Shown piece by piece: positions 47,901 through 57,157 of a stretch of 64,000 nucleotides of DNA. The notes under the pieces are model-generated. The model was not told where the DNA came from. It did not search any database and saw nothing but the letters and a program-made list of their open reading frames with translations. Source of the stretch: a virus. How positions within the stretch are numbered: position 1 is the stretch's first letter; each line of letters opens with the position of its first letter. The DNA is taken from the IMG/VR virus record IMGVR_UViG_3300044627_003356; one strand, 5' to 3'. The position numbers were made by a program, and so were the translations under genes.

Positions 47901-50900
47901 TATTATATCCAAGATTGTTTGCACTTGTAGAATCCAATTGACCCATGTTATAGACCAATGACAACGATTGTAATGGAAAGTTCTGAACATTCTGTGATGC
48001 AGTCATCTGATGAATTCTACGGTTTACTGTCACCAAATAATCAGTTGTTGCTGTATCAGAAGCTGCATAGCTTGAGAAATCATCAACTAGAATACCATTT
48101 TTAAAACGATTCAATCCATTACCATCAGGAATCTGTAATGACGATGCACCTTTTTCTAATAGATTAAGAGCTGTGTAGTATTCAATATTGTTTACTCGGC
48201 TCTCTAAGCCAGAAATGTCACGCATCAACCAACGTTTATGTTTAACTCGTTCAATGGATAAACTTGGTAATACACCCACTTCTTCACCAGGAATATATGC
48301 GGTGTATGGGTCATGATAAAGGTTTGCAATGACCAAAGAACCATCAGGTTCAATTGGTGAAATTGGATTTACTGAAGGTGTGCCTTGCACAATTTCAAAT
48401 GAACGGTCTTTACTTAATATCAATTTATCAAAACGGCCAAGATAGAAACCATAATCAGATTCATATTCAGTCAAGTCAACTGGAATATATGCGCCTGCGG
48501 CACCTGATCCAGAACTTGATGTGCGAATTGTAAATGAACTCTGAGCATTAATCAATGATGGTCTAAAGTCCAAAGAATCTCTTAACTGATAATAGTTACC
48601 ACTAGAAGCCATGTAAGATGGAATCTCAGCATAGTTCTCTGGCGAAGATGATACTGGTGACAAATAAGACATGACAGAATAATATCCGTCACCACCAGTT
48701 GTTGAATAGTAATCTAATATAACTAATAAATTACCATCAATTTGAGGTTGGCCTACACCCAACGTAATAGAAGCAAAATCATAATATGAATCTCGTTGAC
48801 CATTATCAAATGTGAATCGATTGGTTACATCATAGATTGGATTGGTCAACATGTCATCTGTTGCAGCGGTACCAGGAGCTTTTGTATCAATAATCTTAAC
48901 GATACGCTTGGCATCGGTGATATACAATTTCTGTGGTTGACCTGGTGCAACAACTCCAGCATTTAAAACATACACTTGTCCATTTGTTAAATCAACTTTA
49001 GTGTTTGTTAAAACGGTTGTGCCGGTGATATTCACACCTGTTGTATTACCTTCAACTAAATTTTTGGCTTTCAATACAAATGATGTATCGTTACCATTGC
49101 TGACAAAAGCCTTTGCAATGATGGTGGCAGTGAAAGCACCCAAGTCTGATGTTGGTGTGGTGAATGTAGCAGTACCACCTGAACCAGTAATAGAACAAGT
49201 TCTACTATTGATACCCCATGGTAATGTTTGACCAGCTATTAGACCACTTGATAATGGGTTCGTTACAATGATTTGAAAGTTTTGTGCAATGGCATCTTGT
49301 GATAAAGTTCCTGTGCCAAGAAAACGAATCGTTGCGGCTGGTGCAGAACCAAATGTTAATGCAGCCGTAATATTACCACCAGATACGGTGAAAGAAACAT
49401 TTCGGAACACCTGTGTGGTTGTATATGATGAATTGTTTGCATATGAAACAAATGGGTTACCGATTGTAAACAGTAATTCTGGTGCATTTGGATTTTGTAA
49501 TACAACATCACCCGTTGCAACATTGTTTACTTTGTTTGAATTATCAATTGTAGCATTGGCAGTTACAGTATAAGGTGCGCCTGCCGTAGATCCAATCATT
49601 GTTTCAAAGTCGGTAGTATCAAAACGAAGTGTGAATACCGAGTTGTTGGCCAATGTTGTGGTAAATGGTCGGTCAACATAGGCAACCTTAGCAGCTGCAT
49701 CATATGTTGTGATTGTTCTAAAATCACCAGCAGAAGTACCTGTATCAATACTGACTGTTACTCCAGTGTAAGCATTTGCCACATTTGAAAACTGATTGGT
49801 ACTAGGCAATCTTATGTAACTATTGTTTGCGTTGACTGGTGCAATTTGTGAAACGTTGGCTGATAGTGTTTGATTTTGAATATTGTAAACATAGGCTTTA
49901 TAAATGTAAGCTGCACCATTGGATGTATTTGATGTGCTAGAGTAAATTAGATTACGAATATAACCTGTTGCAGCCTTAGTAGAGTTGTAAGAATTTGCAT
50001 TGGTTAATACAATATTATCTTTACTTACAGTATGAAAATCAATTTGTGGTGAAGTTGTTACATCAAACACACCATTGGCAGAGTTGACAAAGAAGTAATT
50101 ACCATAATCTACAAATGCTGGATTGTTTGTAACTGTTGATTCTGTTCTTGCTCGGTCATTGGTTAAAACTACATCAGATGAATTTTCTAAACGATAACCA
50201 CGGACATAGGCAATACCTTTTGAAATACCCATGTCATATTTTGCTGAATTGATTGTGTTGGCTTTAGGTGTCAATGTATAATCATTAACAATAAAGTCAC
50301 CATTGGTGTCATTGGTACGTTTGGCAAAGTAATCATCAATCACCGAGTAAACGGTGCTGTCTACTTGTTTAACAATAGAGCCATCTACTAGACGAACCAG
50401 TTCAATAAAGTTGTCATCATCACCGAGACCAAGAGTTCGTGTTTGTAAGTCTAAAGAAATTTTATATCGGTCAGCACCTGGTGCCTGATAGTTTGTGGCA
50501 TTAAATGCTGGATCCAACAATGAAGAATCATCAACAGAATCTACAATCGTTTCAGATGCATTTAAACCTACACGCAATGATGGAACAGAACTATACTTAG
50601 AAAGAATAATAGTTTGTTCACTGGCAACTACAAAGTTACCATCAACATAAAAGATACCTTGAGAGATGGAGGCAACAGAAGAAAGTCCTGTGGCTGGATT
50701 ACCTGTTGAGGCAGTAATCAATGTACCAGTTAGATTTGAACCGTTTAGAAATACGGTGTCACCTGAAACAAATTTATTACCTGAAATATAACTTACAACG
50801 AGAGTGGGTGGATCACCTACACCACCTGCAGTTGTTGTTGTTGCTTCTACTGTTGCAACAACTTTAGCTACAATTGAACCATCAGCCGACCGAACAACAC

Positions 50901-51183
50901 CATTATCAAAGTTTTCAGCTGAAATGGTGGCACCAGAATTGTCAGTAGCATTTAATTTTAAATAATAAACATTTTGATTGACAGTAACTTTACCACCAGA
51001 GATAGGTGTGTTCTGTGCAAAGATTGCATCTGCAAAACTGGTAATTTGATTTTGAAGAATTGTTTGTGATTGTGTTAATTCACGAGCTTGAACTGCAAAT
51101 CCTGGTTTAAAAAGAATGCGGTGAAAATTCTTGTTAGGATCGAAATCATCAAAATAAGGATCTACGTTAAAATTAAGTGACAT
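44926..51183 (-). CDS. large baseplate-associated structural protein (VrlC / DUF4815-like)
   Basis: NVDPYFDDFD..KNFHRILFKPG.AVQARELTQ.QTILQNQI, APGADR, RFKNGILVDDF, DPVAQTF. Confidence 0.85.
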   Translation of the reverse strand: MSLNFNVDPYFDDFDPNKNFHRILFKPGFAVQARELTQSQTILQNQITSFADAIFAQNTPISGGKVTVNQNVYYLKLNATDNSGATISAENFDNGVVRSADGSIVAKVVATVEATTTTAGGVGDPPTLVVSYISGNKFVSGDTVFLNGSNLTGTLITASTGNPATGLSSVASISQGIFYVDGNFVVASEQTIILSKYSSVPSLRVGLNASETIVDSVDDSSLLDPAFNATNYQAPGADRYKISLDLQTRTLGLGDDDNFIELVRLVDGSIVKQVDSTVYSVIDDYFAKRTNDTNGDFIVNDYTLTPKANTINSAKYDMGISKGIAYVRGYRLENSSDVVLTNDRARTESTVTNNPAFVDYGNYFFVNSANGVFDVTTSPQIDFHTVSKDNIVLTNANSYNSTKAATGYIRNLIYSSTSNTSNGAAYIYKAYVYNIQNQTLSANVSQIAPVNANNSYIRLPSTNQFSNVANAYTGVTVSIDTGTSAGDFRTITTYDAAAKVAYVDRPFTTTLANNSVFTLRFDTTDFETMIGSTAGAPYTVTANATIDNSNKVNNVATGDVVLQNPNAPELLFTIGNPFVSYANNSSYTTTQVFRNVSFTVSGGNITAALTFGSAPAATIRFLGTGTLSQDAIAQNFQIIVTNPLSSGLIAGQTLPWGINSRTCSITGSGGTATFTTPTSDLGAFTATIIAKAFVSNGNDTSFVLKAKNLVEGNTTGVNITGTTVLTNTKVDLTNGQVYVLNAGVVAPGQPQKLYITDAKRIVKIIDTKAPGTAATDDMLTNPIYDVTNRFTFDNGQRDSYYDFASITLGVGQPQIDGNLLVILDYYSTTGGDGYYSVMSYLSPVSSSPENYAEIPSYMASSGNYYQLRDSLDFRPSLINAQSSFTIRTSSSGSGAAGAYIPVDLTEYESDYGFYLGRFDKLILSKDRSFEIVQGTPSVNPISPIEPDGSLVIANLYHDPYTAYIPGEEVGVLPSLSIERVKHKRWLMRDISGLESRVNNIEYYTALNLLEKGASSLQIPDGNGLNRFKNGILVDDFSSYAASDTATTDYLVTVNRRIHQMTASQNVQNFPLQSLSLVYNMGQLDSTSANNLGYNISKSSSSNFFTLPYTTANVVTQRIASRVVNLNPFSVSLNSGTVTLSPPMDNWVDTERSPDLLIVDPNLQVYRASDQVNVLQVGDWKTTVATSTDNVISAGRNWRTNQVTTYTTQQQQTVLGYYDKLNSSYVETAGFITDVSILPYIRSQFLFFNTYGLTVNTDVNAYFDGDSVNKYIRKPNILELTNVTGSFKDGDIIGYLAGSNFTPAAKIVSYYHYPNDTTKWRLYVVGDIVGQTFGTGATIQNAQFNAGGQYQTTTASGTILSFTHNSGQIVNANTTTSITLGATASLTNNFYTGNTVYIINGTGIGQSASISAYNGTTKLATLSSTITTANGDIYSIGTMKTNEAGMISGIFAVPGGIFHTGQRTFRIDDSVGGNIESAQTFAEATFYASGLQQTKQGVNYASSIDSAKNTFTQTSERTNITSYTYTTVWDPVAQTFIINKENYPNGCFVDSVKIFFKTKASQYAPVTLSIVGTLNGYPNGETLDNSQVTLTAENINISNNPHYLDPTTYTVFKFPAPVYLESNKLYSLIVKCPSSNEYTIYTAENGDTALASSVKNLPTDSTPATITKINAAPYVGSLFVSQNSQTWTADQNESMMFTIDRCVFSVGTQPTLQFVVPNRLPYRKLTEQDISYYLSPNTINTNISSAANTNVVVDAFNISTSDFVPGSTTLSYSYGATLNSTKTAAPTEGVNPGKFGTPMYDDIYLNDGLGERVLVANSNTSFSLYAVMSTVDDAVSPIISDDGLGVYTIGWNINNLELSNSIITVANGGSGYNVNTTSVTVTSANGFGSGATATANVVGGVIRNIYITNGGSGYATTPTITVADANSSPGTGATITVGGETSSSGGNGIARYITKKVILDQGFDSGDLRVYFTAYRPVNTNIYVYYKILSRSDTQTFDSGKWQLMTLINNTDSLYSQTRDGTYEFVAAPGSGSVAQNYVEYISNVTGQTYNNFSQFAIKIVLATSDKTAVPFLTDIRAIALPSALT

Positions 51184-51195
51184 TTTTTCTTTCCA

Positions 51196-52587
51196 TTAAA
51201 AGCTTAACACAATACGAAATTGTTCTGTTCCATCAGGACTTCTTGCAATACCTTCTCTATTCTCTATGTAGGCCATGTATCCAGAGTATATAATAAAGTT
51301 TGGATTTTCTGTTGTTAGGAGGGTTCGCACTGCAGTACCAACTACACCACTAGCGTCCTGAATTACCGCTTGATTGTTTACTGGTGTTCCAGTTATATTT
51401 ATGACTTTTACTATATTATTTAATGAATCAAAGCTAACAACTTTGGCAGAAAAAGTTGCAGTGGCTAGACTAGAACCTTGATAGATTGTTTGTCCTGTAT
51501 TGTAATTTCCTGTACCAGGAGAAACAAAGAGTTTGGTGGTTACATCATAGATTGCACCATTTGCAATCATCATAGGTTCTTCAGCCACAGACTCTTGGGA
51601 AACAGGATCAACCAATAGACCAATTTGCCGGTAGGCCATATCTGTAGGTATCAATCCACCTTCACTCTCAATAAACTCTGGTGCCACCATTATATGGTTA
51701 CATCCTAGTTCAGAAATAGGATCAAAACCATGTCCACCAACAGGAGAGGCTGGTGCTTCAGCAATTGCCACCACATTCGGTGTTGAAAAACCAGGTAAAA
51801 CATTAATCACGGCTTCTGCATAGGTATAACCTGTACCTGTATTGGCCATTGTAACATCATACAAGTAACCAGCAGCATTGATAACTGGTGTGCCGTTTGC
51901 AAACTGGCCGTCACCACTAATTGTAATCGTTGCACCACCAGGAGTATAACCTCGACCAACAGTTGTAATATTAACCACATCAATTGAACCTTCGGCCGCA
52001 AAAGTTGATACAGGATTTGGTGCCATTCCAATTGGCACAGGCATCCAGTTAGCATCAAAGAATTTTTGTTTCAGACCAGCGTCTAACGAATACATAAACT
52101 TCCATTTATATCCGTCAGCTGTCTTAACTAAAAATGAACTATCGAAAGTACCTGGTAAAAACTGTGGTTCTACTGTAGATTGACTGCCATTGTTATTCCA
52201 TAAACATTTAAATACTTGGTCAAATCGATTACGAACATAGAATTGGCTAATAATTATATTATCCGAATCTACAGCCAACATATTCTCGGTGTCTTGATAA
52301 TAATCATAAACTAAACCTGAATCCCAATCAATACGAGGAATCACAGGAGAAATATCAGATGATGTAATTAATTTGGTTGCAATAATATCTTTAAAAATAT
52401 CTTTGATTGACCTTTGGTCTTGTGTTGGAATAGGAGGGTTACTCTCATCAGGCCAAGGAGTTACACGACCAATAAAAGCATATAATGTAGTTTCATGTAC
52501 CTGTGATGGAGAATAATAGTATTGTAATACTTCATATACCTTGCTATTAGGTAATAATTGTGCTGATGTATTTGCTATTGTTGCCAT
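51196..52587 (-). CDS. gp8: baseplate wedge subunit
   Basis: VIPRIDW.SG..YD.Y, VFKCL.N, DGYKWKFMY, GGHG.D...ELG, YIENR..I.R...Q.E. Confidence 0.88.
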   Translation of the reverse strand: MATIANTSAQLLPNSKVYEVLQYYYSPSQVHETTLYAFIGRVTPWPDESNPPIPTQDQRSIKDIFKDIIATKLITSSDISPVIPRIDWDSGLVYDYYQDTENMLAVDSDNIIISQFYVRNRFDQVFKCLWNNNGSQSTVEPQFLPGTFDSSFLVKTADGYKWKFMYSLDAGLKQKFFDANWMPVPIGMAPNPVSTFAAEGSIDVVNITTVGRGYTPGGATITISGDGQFANGTPVINAAGYLYDVTMANTGTGYTYAEAVINVLPGFSTPNVVAIAEAPASPVGGHGFDPISELGCNHIMVAPEFIESEGGLIPTDMAYRQIGLLVDPVSQESVAEEPMMIANGAIYDVTTKLFVSPGTGNYNTGQTIYQGSSLATATFSAKVVSFDSLNNIVKVINITGTPVNNQAVIQDASGVVGTAVRTLLTTENPNFIIYSGYMAYIENREGIARSPDGTEQFRIVLSF

Positions 52588-52600
52588 ATTATATTCTCTA

Positions 52601-54244
52601 TTAAGCTGATTGGACTGCTACAAATGTATTTGCTAAATCACCATCAATACTGAAATATTTTAGGTATGCAGAACTAGTTGAAGCCATCGTAAATGTGGTG
52701 GAATTTTCACTTGAATTAGTTGCTGAACATCCATGTGTAATGGTTCTAGTTGAACCACTCGTATTGATTAACCAAACTTCAACCACTTTACCAGCAACAA
52801 AATTTGTAAGTGTAAATGTTAAGTCAGCTGCTAAATTGGCTTTGATAACTACATCACTTGAAAAATCGATTGTAATGGCCGTTTGATTACCAACAGGTAG
52901 TCGTGGTGTAAAAATGAAACCCTTTGTTGGATTAACTGTACCAAGGAATTCAGCCGAATCTGCATTGAATGAAGCAATTTCTTGTAGTGTGTTTGAACCT
53001 ACAGGAGTATTCCAGAACTCAATACGAGTACCACGATTAGTATCACTAAAATTTTCTGCTGCCACAAAATCAATCTTTGTGGGACTAGAAGATGGAAACT
53101 GTGTGCCTGTCCAACCGTTGCCAACAACTCGGAATATCACATCATTGTTTGCTACTGCGACTGGTGCTGCGGCTGATCCTCGACCCATACGACCAGCTAC
53201 CAAAGGATAGGTGTTTGCACCAAAACTATCTAAAACAACACGAGTTACAGAATTGGCTTTGCCAGTAACGTGCAACATATAGTTGGTGTTTGATGGAGCC
53301 TGAGTAACAAAACCATCGCTTGAGGTAATTTTAACAAATGCGGTGTCGGTAGCAAATGATGAATTGTTTAAACTGATTGTACCAGTAGTTAATACATTAC
53401 CTGTAATAGTCAAATCACCAGCAAAAGTACCTGAAGTATTTGCTAATGCGTTATTTGCTTTAGTGAAAGCTGCCCATGCATGGTTGTTAGCAGTAGTTAT
53501 GTTTGTATTCTGTGCGAGATTGACACCTTCAATGATAGAGATGCTGGTATTTTGATTGGTGTTGATGGTTTCAATAGAATTTAATCTGGTGTTCTGTGTA
53601 GCATCAACACCTTGTGTAATAATTGTATTTGCTTGTGCAGCTAAAGTAACCGCAGCTGGCGATGCAGCCGTATTTTGTGTTGTTGAATCACTAAATTGTA
53701 ATGGTATACTTAATTTTAAATTCCCATTATCTTCTACTCTAACAGCTTCAGCAGCAATCGTGTGTGAACCTGTATAGAAAACAATATCATTATTTGAATT
53801 GTGTGTGCCTATCCACAAATTTCCATATACTTCACCATCTTTACCATGCATACAAATGAAGCCATCACGGTTAGGCAAATCAAATTCAGCATCATAGTCC
53901 ATATTTGAACCACGAATACCCATATTAATAAATCCATTGGCTTCATCACCATCATCCGTAGCAATTACAATCTGACCAGTACCTTTTGGATTGATGTTCT
54001 GAAAAAATACTCTAGAACTAGGTGCTGTATTACTAACGAATTGTGCAATCGCATCAGCATATATTGTGGTTGCAGATGTTCCAACATTCAATACATTGTT
54101 TGCAAATAGTCCTCCAGCCAATGTGGTGGTTGAAAACTGTGAAGTTGTATTGGTGGTCTTATCTACGGCAACAAACACGGTATTGGCATTATTAGCCGAT
54201 AACTGGTTTAATATTGGTAGTTCTGATATCTTGACTGACGGCAT
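52601..54244 (-). CDS. fibre protein
   Basis: MPSVKISELP head; shared QGVDATQNTRLNSIETIN stalk. Confidence 0.7.
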   Translation of the reverse strand: MPSVKISELPILNQLSANNANTVFVAVDKTTNTTSQFSTTTLAGGLFANNVLNVGTSATTIYADAIAQFVSNTAPSSRVFFQNINPKGTGQIVIATDDGDEANGFINMGIRGSNMDYDAEFDLPNRDGFICMHGKDGEVYGNLWIGTHNSNNDIVFYTGSHTIAAEAVRVEDNGNLKLSIPLQFSDSTTQNTAASPAAVTLAAQANTIITQGVDATQNTRLNSIETINTNQNTSISIIEGVNLAQNTNITTANNHAWAAFTKANNALANTSGTFAGDLTITGNVLTTGTISLNNSSFATDTAFVKITSSDGFVTQAPSNTNYMLHVTGKANSVTRVVLDSFGANTYPLVAGRMGRGSAAAPVAVANNDVIFRVVGNGWTGTQFPSSSPTKIDFVAAENFSDTNRGTRIEFWNTPVGSNTLQEIASFNADSAEFLGTVNPTKGFIFTPRLPVGNQTAITIDFSSDVVIKANLAADLTFTLTNFVAGKVVEVWLINTSGSTRTITHGCSATNSSENSTTFTMASTSSAYLKYFSIDGDLANTFVAVQSA

Positions 54245-54247
54245 TTC

Positions 54248-57154
54248 TTACCCCGCTAATATTGTGATGCCTGATTCTGTTATTAAAATGTAACCACTCT
54301 CTGTTAATAATTCTGGATATTCATAAAATCCTATGACACCATAGACCAAACAAGTTTCTGTGTTTGCTGATTTATCAACTGTAATTAATGCGTTATTTAC
54401 TGGCCCAAATGAGTTATTAGCAAGGTACAAATTACCATTTGCAAATACCTGTGTGACGGTGTAATAAGGACCGCCATTTAAAGAAACTTTATCTCCAGCA
54501 AAAATAATATTGTTGGCTGGTGTTTTGTTGGTAAAATTACCATCAAATTGACCAGTAACCGATTGTATATTTATCACATTTGAGGAGGCGTTTGCTGATC
54601 CAGTAGCAACATTTGCAAAGACTACAAAGACATTATCCTGCATTGTCACCTGATTGTTGGCCCAATCCACATTTGTAATCGTAGAGTAAGCTCTCAGGTT
54701 ATTTGTGGCAGTATATTCAATGATGTCGTTTGCAAAGACGGTGTTACCAATATTGGCGGAGATTGTATTGACAAACCGAATAATATTGGTGCTGATTTGA
54801 CCAGCCTGAGTATTTGCTTCAATGCGGGCCAGAGCAGACGGACCAGCAAAGGTGTCCATATGATAACCTTCTTGGAATGAAGTTTGAGTGTTCATTGAGA
54901 ACCCGTTGGAACTTATTAACAAGTTCCGCCCTCTTAGGTTCATACCAGAAGGATGTAATAGATTCAATACTAAATCTTTGTATGTTTTAAGTGCTTTCTC
55001 AACCGATAAAACATAAGTGAAGTTATTATAATCAAGACTTTCAAGTACCAGTCCTAAAGAAGAAAGATGGCCATCATCATTCAGATAGGTACCAGCACCT
55101 ATAATCAAACCATCTAAAAATGATGCATTAGCCCTTGCATTACCATCACCATATCGAATAATACTTGTTGGACTACCAGTAGTTTTATCGGTGTAGGCAT
55201 TCTGTGGGTCTAAAACCAACAAAGAAGATACATTAGAAATGTTGTGGTCAATCTTGATTGAAAGTGCAGCATCATAATTTCCTGTATAATCATATGTTCT
55301 TAATTGATATATGTCGGCTGCCGTATTTGCTGGAGATGCCGTTGAAATTTTGAATACAGAAGCTACGTTGGCTTTATAAGTGGCCACATTAAATGTTGCA
55401 CCTTGATACATGACATCACCAGCCAAAGGAAAATCTAATGGTGAAACGTTACTTACTGCAACATCGGCTACTTTTAGATAAACATTTGGTGTTGAAACAT
55501 AATCTTCACCAGGATTAATAATGTTGATGGATGTAACTGAGCCCGTTCTATCGGTTGTAGGTGTTAAAATTGCATCAGCACCCATAATTCCTGTGACAAC
55601 AAGTGACGCATTAGAACCTGTGCTACTTGTGACTGTGATTGTGGGTAAACTATCTTTTGTATAGCCTAACCCACCTAAAGGAAATGATTGATTTGTATTG
55701 TTGTTGGCATAAACATATCGTGCATTGATAATTGAACCAGCCGTATTAACAGTTACATTGGCAAATGCTCCAACACCCGTGCCGCCAGTAATTAATACTG
55801 TGTTTGCATTACCATATCCTTGGCCACCATTTAATACTTGAATTGGTTGAAGTATGCCAAGGAAACTAAGTGAATCAGTTCCTACATCAGTTGTATACAA
55901 AGAACTTACATCGACAGCAGGTGCAGAAGAATATCCTCCACCTTGATTGGTAACTTGTATTGAACCGATTGGTCCAACTTGTAGAGTTCTAAAAGTTAAA
56001 GTGTCACGCAAAGTAGAATTTGTGTTTGCGCTGACGGCAAATGATGTATATGTCTGAGCAAAGGTTGAATTTCCAATTGCAACATTAGCTACAATGCCTA
56101 ATGTGTTACTTGTAATAAGTGTAACATTGGCTAATCTAGCATCATCTAATAAATTAATTCTAGCAGCGGCACCGGTACCACCGCCGCCAGAAAATGTGAT
56201 GGCTGAATTTGGAAATACTCTATAACCATGAGAAGGGTCAGTTACAACTAAACTCTCAATAGATCCTGTTGTTGTTCGACCAACTTCTGCTGTTGCACCA
56301 ATCGGGTTTGTTACATCAGGACTTAATCCACCAACAACAATAACTGGATCGCCAGGTTCATAGAACAATCCTCGATTTCTTGGATTAATTGTTATAGAAG
56401 ATAAAACACCTACAACTTTACCTCTAAGTATTGTGGCGCCAGTTGGTATACTTACACCTTGATTTTGAATGTATACTTCACCATTATAGAAGTATACATC
56501 AAGATTATTATTATCCACAACACGGACAAACTCACCAGATTCAAACAGACGTTGAATGTTTGAGATGAAAACTTCTGTTTTATCTCCTACTGCCGCAGAA
56601 TAATCAACTGTTGCATATGACTGTGAGGTTTCACCAAACAACCTTAAGCTGTTAATTTGTAACCAATTCAAATCAACCGAATTGATTCGTAATGATTTAG
56701 ATACAATCCATTTACCATCAGAAGCTTTTAATATTACATCTGATGTATTGAAAATCTCGGCCTGTGAATCATACAATGCACGAAATAAAAACTGATATGA
56801 TTTCTCAGTACCTTTTGAAAGATAAAACTCTTTTGCAATCTTTAACAGTTTTCTTTTATCTGTTAGAGCATCTTCTGGTATATAAGGTAGAAAATCTTTT
56901 AGAAAGTATGAAACAAAACCATCTAATGTAGAATCCACATCCATATAATTGAGTAGATTCTTGGCACCATAAGTTACACCTTCACCACTTGTATTGGCTG
57001 TCGTAACGGATCCGTTGGCTGAGTAAGCAGTTTCTAACCATTCATAGTATGCCTGAATAAAATCAACAAAAGTGGAATAGTTAATATTATCCCGAACAAA
57101 TTCGGGAAGCTGCTGAGGAATCAGTAGTGATGTTTTATAATCGTTCGGTATCAT
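54248..57154 (-). CDS. gp7: baseplate wedge initiator (gp7-like)
   Basis: QLPEFVR..Y..FV.F..AYYEW, FY.SKGT..SY.FLFR.LY, SDGKW, Y..F.YV...LLHP.G; follows gp6. Confidence 0.8.
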   Translation of the reverse strand: MIPNDYKTSLLIPQQLPEFVRDNINYSTFVDFIQAYYEWLETAYSANGSVTTANTSGEGVTYGAKNLLNYMDVDSTLDGFVSYFLKDFLPYIPEDALTDKRKLLKIAKEFYLSKGTEKSYQFLFRALYDSQAEIFNTSDVILKASDGKWIVSKSLRINSVDLNWLQINSLRLFGETSQSYATVDYSAAVGDKTEVFISNIQRLFESGEFVRVVDNNNLDVYFYNGEVYIQNQGVSIPTGATILRGKVVGVLSSITINPRNRGLFYEPGDPVIVVGGLSPDVTNPIGATAEVGRTTTGSIESLVVTDPSHGYRVFPNSAITFSGGGGTGAAARINLLDDARLANVTLITSNTLGIVANVAIGNSTFAQTYTSFAVSANTNSTLRDTLTFRTLQVGPIGSIQVTNQGGGYSSAPAVDVSSLYTTDVGTDSLSFLGILQPIQVLNGGQGYGNANTVLITGGTGVGAFANVTVNTAGSIINARYVYANNNTNQSFPLGGLGYTKDSLPTITVTSSTGSNASLVVTGIMGADAILTPTTDRTGSVTSINIINPGEDYVSTPNVYLKVADVAVSNVSPLDFPLAGDVMYQGATFNVATYKANVASVFKISTASPANTAADIYQLRTYDYTGNYDAALSIKIDHNISNVSSLLVLDPQNAYTDKTTGSPTSIIRYGDGNARANASFLDGLIIGAGTYLNDDGHLSSLGLVLESLDYNNFTYVLSVEKALKTYKDLVLNLLHPSGMNLRGRNLLISSNGFSMNTQTSFQEGYHMDTFAGPSALARIEANTQAGQISTNIIRFVNTISANIGNTVFANDIIEYTATNNLRAYSTITNVDWANNQVTMQDNVFVVFANVATGSANASSNVINIQSVTGQFDGNFTNKTPANNIIFAGDKVSLNGGPYYTVTQVFANGNLYLANNSFGPVNNALITVDKSANTETCLVYGVIGFYEYPELLTESGYILITESGITILAG

Positions 57155-57157
57155 GTA

